Of a stretch of 15,651 nt of DNA, positions 8,309 to 15,252 are shown one piece after another. This DNA comes from a virus (taxonomy: Duplodnaviria; Heunggongvirae; Uroviricota; Caudoviricetes), in IMG/VR virus record IMGVR_UViG_3300037419_003079; one strand, given 5' to 3'. How positions within the stretch are numbered: the stretch's first letter is position 1; each line of letters opens with the position of its first letter. The notes under the pieces were generated by a model that worked only from the letters and a program-made list of their open reading frames with translations, was not told the origin of the DNA and made no database searches. The position numbers were made by a program, and so were the translations under genes.

Positions 8309-8326
8309 CAGAATAGTCGTTATAAT
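8298..8326 (+). promoter_or_regulatory. sigmaA-consensus promoter for phoH, overlapping the end of the holin gene
   Basis: TTGACA (8298-8303), 17 bp, TATAAT (8321-8326): perfect consensus. Confidence 0.85.
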
Positions 8327-8341
8327 ACAGATATAATATAA
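8318..8341. promoter_or_regulatory. Bipartite motif copy 1 (phoH promoter)
   Basis: CGTTATAA-TACAGATA-TAATATAA. Confidence 0.65.
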
Positions 8342-8376
8342 AACGAGAGGTGCTCAAGCCTCTCCTCTTTTATATT
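8335..8376 (+). terminator. Long hairpin, terminator-like or leader structure
   Basis: AATATAAAA (8335-8343) pairs with TTTTATATT (8368-8376). Inner stem GAGAGG (8345-8350) / CCTCTC (8359-8364) is followed by CTCTTTT. Confidence 0.5.
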
Positions 8377-8401
8377 AAAATCCCCCAAGGAGTGTTGTCC
8401 A

Positions 8402-9766
8402 ATGGAACATAATGAATTTAGCAAAATCGTAGTTTTAGACACAAATGTATTAGTAGACGATTACAAAGCAATCCTAAAGTTTCCGAACACACTAGTAGTT
8501 GTGCCACGAGTAGTAATCAGCGAACTAGATGGTTTAAAGAACAACAAAGATGGAAATAAGCGAATGGTTGTTCGTAAAGCCTCTTGGTTACTAGATGAAA
8601 TTACCGAGGAGTTTGAAGACGAAGAAGTAATGCCATTAGAAACGGAAGGCAGTTTCCTAGTTATTGAAGGTAGCTACTACCAAACAAAATATGAATGTGA
8701 TGAACCCGACAAAGCAGACAATAAAATTATTTCTGTAGCAGTAGCTTATGCTAATGACAATCCTAACTCAACAGTAGTCCTACATAGTAATGATGTGAAT
8801 GTCCGTGTTGAGGCTAGAGGTGTAAAAAGACAACTAGGATTAACAAATCTAAGAGCAAAACAATACAAAATTATTAACACTGGATTAAACGAAATTAACA
8901 CAGGAGTAGTTAAATTAGAATTGCCTACTAAGGCTTTACTAGAAACTAGAAAGAATCAGGTTTATAATATTGAACTACCATATATGAACAATGAGAATGT
9001 GTTTATGGTTGATGAAATGAACCCTGACCATATGGTATTAGCTACATATAATTCCGTACATAAGAGATTAGAAACTATCCATGACTGGAAAAAGAATGAG
9101 GCTATTTGGACTACTGGTGGTGAGGCTGTTAGACCTCAAGACGCTAGACAAAATTTCCTTATGAATCACCTAATGTCAGAAGACAACTATGTTCACTTTA
9201 TCTTATCACGAGTAGCAGGTGCAGGTAAGAACTTTATTACAACTGCATGTGTACTTAACCTATTAAAACAAGGTGCGTTTGATAGATACATCTTAATCAA
9301 GCCTATGGTTGAGATTGGTGAAGAACTAGGTCTTTTACCCGGAACTAAAGAAGAAAAAATGGCTCCGTGGTTTGAAAGTTTCAAAGACACTATGACTGAA
9401 TTAACTAGCGAAGGTATGGATTTACCTGAGGAGTTAAATGGTCGTATTGAACTAGATGTAGTGACTCATATGCGTGGTCGTAGTATCCCTAATACTATCA
9501 TTCACATTGACGAGTGCCAAAACTACACTGCCGAGGCTATTAAAACAATGTTGACTCGTGCAGGAAAAAATACTAAAATTATTCTAAGTGGTGACTTATC
9601 TCAAATTGACAACCCACGATTAGATTCAGAGAACAATGGCTTACGAGTATGGGCAGAGCGTTCTCGTGCAACAGATGGAACAGGATTCCAACATTCTACA
9701 TATATCTTATTAGAGTCAAACTTCCGTTCAGAGTTATCTGCATGGGCTTCAAGTTTCTACGAATAA
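8402..9766 (+). CDS. phoH: PIN-PhoH fusion protein (PhoH2/YlaK-like)
   Basis: PIN motifs VLDTNVL, VVISELDGLK, DNKII, SNDVNVRVEA. PhoH motifs LGLLPGTKEEKMAPW, MRGRSI, IHIDECQN, LTRAG, GDLSQID, RSEL. The P-loop is atypical (RVAGAGKN). Confidence 0.92.
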   Translation: MEHNEFSKIVVLDTNVLVDDYKAILKFPNTLVVVPRVVISELDGLKNNKDGNKRMVVRKASWLLDEITEEFEDEEVMPLETEGSFLVIEGSYYQTKYECDEPDKADNKIISVAVAYANDNPNSTVVLHSNDVNVRVEARGVKRQLGLTNLRAKQYKIINTGLNEINTGVVKLELPTKALLETRKNQVYNIELPYMNNENVFMVDEMNPDHMVLATYNSVHKRLETIHDWKKNEAIWTTGGEAVRPQDARQNFLMNHLMSEDNYVHFILSRVAGAGKNFITTACVLNLLKQGAFDRYILIKPMVEIGEELGLLPGTKEEKMAPWFESFKDTMTELTSEGMDLPEELNGRIELDVVTHMRGRSIPNTIIHIDECQNYTAEAIKTMLTRAGKNTKIILSGDLSQIDNPRLDSENNGLRVWAERSRATDGTGFQHSTYILLESNFRSELSAWASSFYE

Positions 9767-9773
9767 GATTTAG

Positions 9774-9800
9774 ACTCCCTTTCGAGGGAGTTTTTGTTTT
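9774..9800 (+). terminator. Rho-independent terminator after phoH
   Basis: ACTCCCT-TTCG-AGGGAGT stem-loop followed by TTTTGTTTT. Confidence 0.9.
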
Positions 9801-9804
9801 ACCC

Positions 9805-9833
9805 TTGACTTTGTTCCGATAACATGTTATAAT
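9805..9833 (+). promoter_or_regulatory. sigmaA-type extended -10 promoter for the initiator operon
   Basis: TTGACT (9805-9810), 17 bp, TATAAT (9828-9833), with TG at 9825-9826. Confidence 0.85.
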
Positions 9834-9848
9834 TCAACTGTAATATAA
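9825..9848. promoter_or_regulatory. Bipartite motif copy 2 (initiator promoter)
   Basis: TGTTATAA-TTCAACTG-TAATATAA. Confidence 0.65.
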
Positions 9849-9867
9849 GAAAGGAGATGATGTCTAT

Positions 9868-10803
9868 ATGTCAATTCCAATTACGTTGCTAAAGCAAATA
9901 GATACTATTAGTTCGTTAAAGGTATTACTGTATCTATATGAGAAGTCCAAGAGTAACGGTGTAATACGAATATCTATGAATCAAATTGTAGACGAATCAG
10001 GTATTGCTAGAAACTCAGCAAAAAGAGGATTGCAAGAATTATTAGACAAAAAAATTGTAGAACAAATTGCAACTGGAAAAGGAAATCACCCAAATACATA
10101 CAAGGTGTCCAAAGTTGATACCCCCAAAATTGACAGTCCCAAAGTTGACACATCATCATCAGTGATAGATGGCTACAAAAAAGCAGTAGGCTCTAAGGAC
10201 GAAGACGACTTAGAACCCAAAGTTGACCCTACGGAACAAGATAATATTATAAATAATATTATTTATAAAGATTTTAAAGATTATAATTTCTTTTATGAAG
10301 ATATTAATTCATTATCAATCTTTAATGACAATTTAAAATTAAATGATGAACAACTAGGTAAATTAGCTAGGAGAGTTCTTGTAGAATGGTTTTTACCGTT
10401 AGCGAAATTTGAAAAGAAAATGCCTCCTTACTTCTTTCCTCAACAAATGAAAATGATTAAAGATTTATTAGTTCAATGGAGAACTGACCAAGTGTTAGCG
10501 TCATTAAAATACTGGATTGAAGTTAATCCACCTAAGAATGGAATTAGTTCTGTAAGATGGTTAATGTTTGAAAAGAAAGGCGTTAGTCACATGATGGTTG
10601 CACTTGATTATTACAAGCAAGAATACATGAACACGGAAAATGAATCCAAAGAAGAAGTTCGCAAGGAGAAAGTTGAAGAAATGAAAGCTAAGGCATTAGA
10701 AATAGCCAAAGATAAAGTAGCTAAGAAGACCAAAGTAGATGAAATGTCTGATAATGATTTCTTAAAAGACCTACTAGGTGGACTTGGTAAGATAGAACTA
10801 TAG
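9868..10803 (+). CDS. Putative phage replication initiator (N-terminal winged HTH, central iteron-encoded linker)
   Basis: AAGGAG RBS. ISMNQIVDESGIARNSAKRGLQELLDKKIV...NTYKV is a winged-HTH pattern. Internal DNA repeats and an AT-rich tract lie in the linker, as in lambda O-type initiators. Sits upstream of helicase and primase. Confidence 0.7.
   Translation: MSIPITLLKQIDTISSLKVLLYLYEKSKSNGVIRISMNQIVDESGIARNSAKRGLQELLDKKIVEQIATGKGNHPNTYKVSKVDTPKIDSPKVDTSSSVIDGYKKAVGSKDEDDLEPKVDPTEQDNIINNIIYKDFKDYNFFYEDINSLSIFNDNLKLNDEQLGKLARRVLVEWFLPLAKFEKKMPPYFFPQQMKMIKDLLVQWRTDQVLASLKYWIEVNPPKNGISSVRWLMFEKKGVSHMMVALDYYKQEYMNTENESKEEVRKEKVEEMKAKALEIAKDKVAKKTKVDEMSDNDFLKDLLGGLGKIEL
10109..10345. repeat. Iteron array plus AT-rich unwinding element (candidate origin of replication)
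   Basis: CCAAARTTGAYH at 10109, 10124, 10139 (15-bp period) and 10217. Followed by an almost purely A/T tract from about 10240 to 10345, containing the palindromes ATAATATTAT (10241-10250) and AAATAATATTATTT (10251-10264). Confidence 0.75.
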
Positions 10804-10814
10804 GAGTTGATTAT

Positions 10815-11510
10815 GTGTCATCATACTGGTCTAAGAACAAAGAAAAAAAATTTATAAAGTTATATCGTCATAACACTGACGAAGAAGTAGCTAAGATTAT
10901 GAAAGTTAGTTATCAATTCGTACAAAAGAAAGCAGAGGAATTAGGGTTGGAAAAAGAAGACCCTGCTAAACGAGAATGGACGACAGAAGAAATAAAATGG
11001 ATTAACGCTACATATCCATTTTCACCAAATAGTTTTATATCTGACAGACTCAATGCACCTAAATGGCAAATAGAACATATAGCTTATCGCTTAGGACTTC
11101 GCAAGCAAAAAGGATATTTCGATGTTGCTGATGATGGAAATGATTTAGTTGAGAAGTGGACTAGTGAATGGAAAAAGGAAATGGGTTGTTCTAAAGGACA
11201 TTATGTTGTGGGCAAAATTCTTCAACATCTTTTCCCTTATCACAAGGTAGAAGAAGAACAACCTATTGGCAGTCTATGGATTGATTGGTTAATTCCACAA
11301 TTAGGTATAGCAGTGGAAGTTCATGGCTCTCAACATACTAACTTCTCAGAGTTCTACCATAAAACTAAGCATGATTTTGTAAAAGGTCAAGAAAACGATT
11401 ATGCTAAATCGGAAATGTTAGAGTCACAAAATATTTCACTTTTCGTTGTGTATCACGATGAAAAGATTTCTATTAATTTAATTAAAGCTAAATTAGAGGA
11501 GGTCATATGA
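10815..11510 (+). CDS. Tandem HTH-repeat protein fused to a Vsr/DUF559-like endonuclease domain
   Basis: GTG start, AGGAG RBS. Two W-[ST]-x-x-E...A-x-x-LGL-x-K repeats, then IDWLIPQLGIAVEVHGSQH...ND-x-x-K, the Vsr/DUF559-type catalytic pattern. Confidence 0.75.
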   Translation: MSSYWSKNKEKKFIKLYRHNTDEEVAKIMKVSYQFVQKKAEELGLEKEDPAKREWTTEEIKWINATYPFSPNSFISDRLNAPKWQIEHIAYRLGLRKQKGYFDVADDGNDLVEKWTSEWKKEMGCSKGHYVVGKILQHLFPYHKVEEEQPIGSLWIDWLIPQLGIAVEVHGSQHTNFSEFYHKTKHDFVKGQENDYAKSEMLESQNISLFVVYHDEKISINLIKAKLEEVI

Positions 11511-11821
11511 TGGCTTGGTTTGATGATTTGTATAATCTTAAAAAACTAAGACAGATAAGAGCAGACTTAAAAGATTTTGAAGAACTACAATTTCAATTAG
11601 CATTAGATATTGACGAGGTTAGAATGTGGATAATAAAATATTCTAGGTCTATAGAAGAACCTGTCAATATTGACAATATCTTACTGTCTGATGATAAAGA
11701 AATGTTAGAGGCGAAGCATAAGCTTTTAGATACTAAATTGAAACATCATTTAGTAACAAGAGATATAAAAGCAATGAGAATAGAAAAAATAGAAATTGAA
11801 TCTAAGTTAGGAGTGTTTTAA
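11507..11821 (+). CDS. Hypothetical helical/coiled-coil protein
   Basis: GAGGAGG RBS, ATGA overlap with the previous gene, heptad-like Leu/Ile/charged pattern. Confidence 0.7.
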   Translation: MMAWFDDLYNLKKLRQIRADLKDFEELQFQLALDIDEVRMWIIKYSRSIEEPVNIDNILLSDDKEMLEAKHKLLDTKLKHHLVTRDIKAMRIEKIEIESKLGVF

Positions 11822-11822
11822 T

Positions 11823-12074
11823 ATGGATAAGTCAAAACATACAGTTGCAGTACCGAGAGACTACCTAGAAATGCTAGAGGAGTTTTTCATGGAACGAAGT
11901 CATAGTGAAAAGAACATTGAAGGAAAGGTGATGAATGTTTCAAGTCCTGCTACTCCATCAGGAAGTAGTCCAATTCTATTCATAACAGATGAAGGATTTA
12001 AAGTAGACGGAGTTATTATTGTGGATAAATCAGGTAATGAGATTTCAAGATTCACTAGAACTCTTTATCGTTAA
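11823..12074 (+). CDS. Hypothetical protein
   Basis: AGGAG RBS inside the previous gene's 3' end. Fills the gap up to the recA promoter. No recognised family. Confidence 0.65.
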   Translation: MDKSKHTVAVPRDYLEMLEEFFMERSHSEKNIEGKVMNVSSPATPSGSSPILFITDEGFKVDGVIIVDKSGNEISRFTRTLYR

Positions 12075-12082
12075 GTTGACCC

Positions 12083-12111
12083 TTGACATTTCGTTATAAA
12101 ACAAATATAAT
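12083..12111 (+). promoter_or_regulatory. sigmaA-consensus promoter for recA
   Basis: TTGACA (12083-12088), 17 bp, TATAAT (12106-12111). Confidence 0.85.
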
Positions 12112-12115
12112 ATAA
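12092..12115. promoter_or_regulatory. Bipartite motif copy 3 (recA promoter)
   Basis: CGTTATAA-AACAAATA-TAATATAA. Confidence 0.65.
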
Positions 12116-12143
12116 TTTGTAAGATACATAAGGAGGTCGTTAT

Positions 12144-13229
12144 ATGGCAAGACAGGTATTTGAGGACAAAGCAAAGCAAAAGATTTTTGAGGCAACAATG
12201 CAATCTATCGCTAAAGACTTTGGAGTTCATGGCTCACAAGTTCTAGGTGATACCAAAGTAGCAAAAATTCCACGAACTAGTTTCGGAAGTTATAAGATTG
12301 ATGAATTAACAGGTGGAGGTTTCCCTAAAGGACGAATCGTTGAGATATACGGTCCTGAAAGTTCAGGTAAAACAACTGTAGCATTACACGCTATTGCAGA
12401 GGCACAGAAAGATGGATTAGCAGTGTTCATTGACGCTGAGAACGCATTAGATGTTGTTTATGCAGAACAACTAGGTGTTAATGTAAAAGACCTAGTAGTT
12501 GCACAACCTGATTCAGCAGAAGATTGCTTGCAAGTTGCAGAGCGTTGGATTAATTCAGGAATCTGTAGCATGGTAGTTGTTGACTCTGTTCCTGCAATGG
12601 TTCCTGAGGCTGAGATTAAAGGTGAAATTGGAGACAACCATGTAGGCTTACTAGCACGATTGATGTCACAAGCACTTCGTAAGATAGCATACGCATGTAA
12701 CAGAACTGGAACTAGTATCATCTTTATTAATCAGATTCGTGAAAAAGTAGGAGTTATGTTTGGAAACCCTGAGACAACTCCGGGTGGTCGTGCATTGAAA
12801 TTCTATTCAACTATCCGTTTAGATGTTCGTGCTAACGAAATCATTAAAAAAGACGGTGAGGCTGTATCACGAAAAACTAAAATTAAAGTAGTTAAAAATA
12901 AAGTAGCACCTCCTTTCCGTGAGGATTTTGTAGATATTGAGTTTGGTGAAGGTATCTCTAAAGCAGGAGAAATCTTGGACTACGGTGTAGACTTAGGTAT
13001 CCTTCGTAAACAAGGTAGTTGGTTTTGGTATGGTGACGAGCGAATTGGAAATGGTCGCCCTGCATGTAAACAAGCATTAAACGAGAATCCTGCACTATTA
13101 ACAGAACTAGATGATAAGATTCGCTCTTATTTAAACCCTGTTATTGATGAAGTAGAGTATGTTCCTTTAGAGGAAGGAAAGTTAAAGGAAGTATTTACAG
13201 AAGATGATGAAACAGAAAGTCAAGAGTAG
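12144..13229 (+). CDS. recA: RecA recombinase (phage-encoded, bacterial-like)
   Basis: GGGFPKGRIVEIYGPESSGKTT, FIDAENALD, VVDSV, ARLMSQALRK, FINQIREKVGVMFGNPETTPGGRALKFY, KNKVAPPF, GSWFWY and an acidic C-tail. Confidence 0.98.
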   Translation: MARQVFEDKAKQKIFEATMQSIAKDFGVHGSQVLGDTKVAKIPRTSFGSYKIDELTGGGFPKGRIVEIYGPESSGKTTVALHAIAEAQKDGLAVFIDAENALDVVYAEQLGVNVKDLVVAQPDSAEDCLQVAERWINSGICSMVVVDSVPAMVPEAEIKGEIGDNHVGLLARLMSQALRKIAYACNRTGTSIIFINQIREKVGVMFGNPETTPGGRALKFYSTIRLDVRANEIIKKDGEAVSRKTKIKVVKNKVAPPFREDFVDIEFGEGISKAGEILDYGVDLGILRKQGSWFWYGDERIGNGRPACKQALNENPALLTELDDKIRSYLNPVIDEVEYVPLEEGKLKEVFTEDDETESQE

Positions 13230-13239
13230 GTGATACATA

Positions 13240-13728
13240 ATGGCTTATGTCGATAAGAAAGTAGCAGAACTGAGAGAAAAAGGTGTATTCAGTGCTGAAC
13301 GAGTAGACTCTAATGTTATTGGAAAGATAATCAATATGGAGGAGTTCGAGTACTATGGAATGGAAATAGTCACGCTTGAATCTTATCTAGGAATACTAGC
13401 ACAGCAGGCTCTATATGTACAACAAGAAGTTAATATAGCTGAGGCTAGAGAGATTGAGTTAAGCAATTCATTTAAAGTCGAAGCACTACCGATGGTAATG
13501 GATAGTAAAATTAGGTCGGTGGAAGAAAGATGGATATTCGCCTCTACATTAAATGATAAACTGAAATTAAAGTTCGATTTATGGCAACAAGCTATAATAG
13601 AGGCTACTCTTAAAAAGAAACTTGCAGACCCTATCGTAGAGAAATTAAATGTATTAAAGAAAATCTATGATGACCGTAGATTAGAAGGAAGAAATAAAAA
13701 TTTACATAAATATACAGATGGAAGTTAA
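13240..13728 (+). CDS. Putative UvsY-like recombination mediator (all-helical)
   Basis: AGGTGA RBS, directly behind recA. The helical C-terminus PIVEKLNVLKKIYDDRRLEG echoes the T4 UvsY end. Similarity was judged by eye only. Confidence 0.4.
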   Translation: MAYVDKKVAELREKGVFSAERVDSNVIGKIINMEEFEYYGMEIVTLESYLGILAQQALYVQQEVNIAEAREIELSNSFKVEALPMVMDSKIRSVEERWIFASTLNDKLKLKFDLWQQAIIEATLKKKLADPIVEKLNVLKKIYDDRRLEGRNKNLHKYTDGS

Positions 13729-13729
13729 A

Positions 13730-13750
13730 TCGAGGGGATTTTCCCCTTGA
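13730..13750 (+). terminator. GC-rich hairpin overlapping the next -35 box (terminator-like, weak U-tract)
   Basis: TCGAGGGGA-TTT-TCCCCTTGA with one G-U pair, immediately after the 13728 stop. Confidence 0.45.
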
Positions 13751-13776
13751 CACGTTTAAGCAATTCGTTATAAGAT
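13747..13776 (+). promoter_or_regulatory. sigmaA-type promoter for the helicase-primase unit
   Basis: TTGACA (13747-13752) with TATAAG (13769-13774, 16-bp spacer) or TAAGAT (13771-13776, 18-bp spacer). Confidence 0.65.
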
Positions 13777-13789
13777 ATATATAAGATAA
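13766..13789. promoter_or_regulatory. Bipartite motif copy 4 (helicase promoter)
   Basis: CGTTATAA-GATATATA-TAAGATAA. Confidence 0.6.
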
Positions 13790-13805
13790 AGAGGAGTGTG
13801 GTATT

Positions 13806-15239
13806 GTGAGTTTATTACATAATGAAGATATTCAAAGACAGTTGGATTCAATTAGCCATGTAGGAGCAGAGAGAGCAATACTAAGTATCGCTATGAATGA
13901 CCCTGAAACATTATTTGATATTACAGTAGAGTTAGCACCTGAGGATTTTACAAATCAAGCTAATAAATATGTATATCAAATCATGCTTACAATCTTAGAT
14001 AATAAGCACGCAAATATCGGAAAAGTAAATCCAATGATTATCCACGCATTAGCACAGAATAGTGGCATTGAAGAAGAAATCGGTGGAATGACATACTTGC
14101 AAATGGTATCTAAGACAGACGCAGGAGTGGAAAACTTAAAGTTCTTCATGGAACGAGTAAAGCAAGCTAGTGTTCGTAGAGAATCATTTTTAAAAGCTGT
14201 CTCAGTTATTGAGGAGGCTGTACATAATGAGGAAGAAGACGCTGACGCTTTCGTAGCTAGACAAGAGGAGAAATTCCTTGATATTGTAATGCGTGTAGAG
14301 AACAATACAAATGAAGTTGTTCGTATTGGTGATATGGTTGATATAGTACTAGAAAAGCGTGAGAAGACACCACGAGAAATTCTAGGTATCCCAACTGGAT
14401 TTAAGGAGTATGATAGAGCAACTGGTGGACTAGTTCCCGGAAGATTAAAAGTAGTAGCCTCACCACCTAAAACAGGTAAGTCTGCTCATGCCTTAAATAT
14501 AGCACTTAATGTAGCAGTTAATGAAGGTATTCCTGTATTATACATTGATACTGAAATGCCTACTGAGGAACAAATTGACCGAGGAGTTTCTATTTTAGCA
14601 ACTGACAGTGGTTTTACTGTCCCTGAGAGATTGGTTACAACTGGTATGTATTCTCGTAATGCAAAAATGAAAGAGGCAGTAGATGACTATGCAAAACCAA
14701 TGTTAAAGAACGCACCTTTCTACCATGTGTATATGCCTGACTTTAGTCCTGAGAAAATACATAACCTAGCAAGAAAGTTCCAAAGACAATACGGTGTAAC
14801 ATGGAATGGATTTGAAAATCAATTTGTATTAGTCTTTGACTATATCAAAATGGACGAAGGTTCTTTTAAAGGAAATCAACAAGAGTATGTTGTATTAGGA
14901 CAAATTACTAATATGTTGAAGAATAAGATTGCAGGTGCTATGAATATTCCAGTATTAGCATATGCACAGATTAACCCTCGTACTGGATATAATTCAGACG
15001 ATATTAATTCATCTCACATGTCAGGTTCTAATCGAATTGTTATGTTCGTAAACGAACTATCATTTCTAAGAAGAAAGACTGACAGCGAAATAGCTGAACA
15101 TGGTCAAGGAAATGGAAATCGTATTTGGAAACTAGGAGAGACTAGAAATGGAGGAGCATACGAGTCATGGATAGACTTCACTGTATCAAAAGGTGTGGCT
15201 AAGATGAACGAATTGAGAAATCTCGCACTAGAAGGATAA
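13806..15239 (+). CDS. dnaB: DnaB-family (SF4) replicative helicase
   Basis: GTG start, GAGGAG RBS. N-terminal AERAILS domain, GIPTGFKEYDRATGGL, Walker A ASPPKTGKS, YIDTEM, VFDYIK, IPVLAYAQ, TRNG. Confidence 0.92.
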   Translation: MSLLHNEDIQRQLDSISHVGAERAILSIAMNDPETLFDITVELAPEDFTNQANKYVYQIMLTILDNKHANIGKVNPMIIHALAQNSGIEEEIGGMTYLQMVSKTDAGVENLKFFMERVKQASVRRESFLKAVSVIEEAVHNEEEDADAFVARQEEKFLDIVMRVENNTNEVVRIGDMVDIVLEKREKTPREILGIPTGFKEYDRATGGLVPGRLKVVASPPKTGKSAHALNIALNVAVNEGIPVLYIDTEMPTEEQIDRGVSILATDSGFTVPERLVTTGMYSRNAKMKEAVDDYAKPMLKNAPFYHVYMPDFSPEKIHNLARKFQRQYGVTWNGFENQFVLVFDYIKMDEGSFKGNQQEYVVLGQITNMLKNKIAGAMNIPVLAYAQINPRTGYNSDDINSSHMSGSNRIVMFVNELSFLRRKTDSEIAEHGQGNGNRIWKLGETRNGGAYESWIDFTVSKGVAKMNELRNLALEG

Positions 15240-15252
15240 AGGAGTGGTAGGT

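Noticed and set aside
12075-12143. LexA/SOS (Cheo) box at recA
   Set aside because: No GAAC-N4-GTTC-like site in the intergenic region.
9193-14305. Minus-strand ORFs 9193..9390, 12045..12230, 12458..12721 and 13976..14305
   Set aside because: Antisense to conserved phoH, recA and helicase domains; 12045..12230 also spans the recA promoter.
12144-15239. Intein or group I intron in recA or the helicase
   Set aside because: Both ORFs are continuous, of normal length, with motifs in the expected order.
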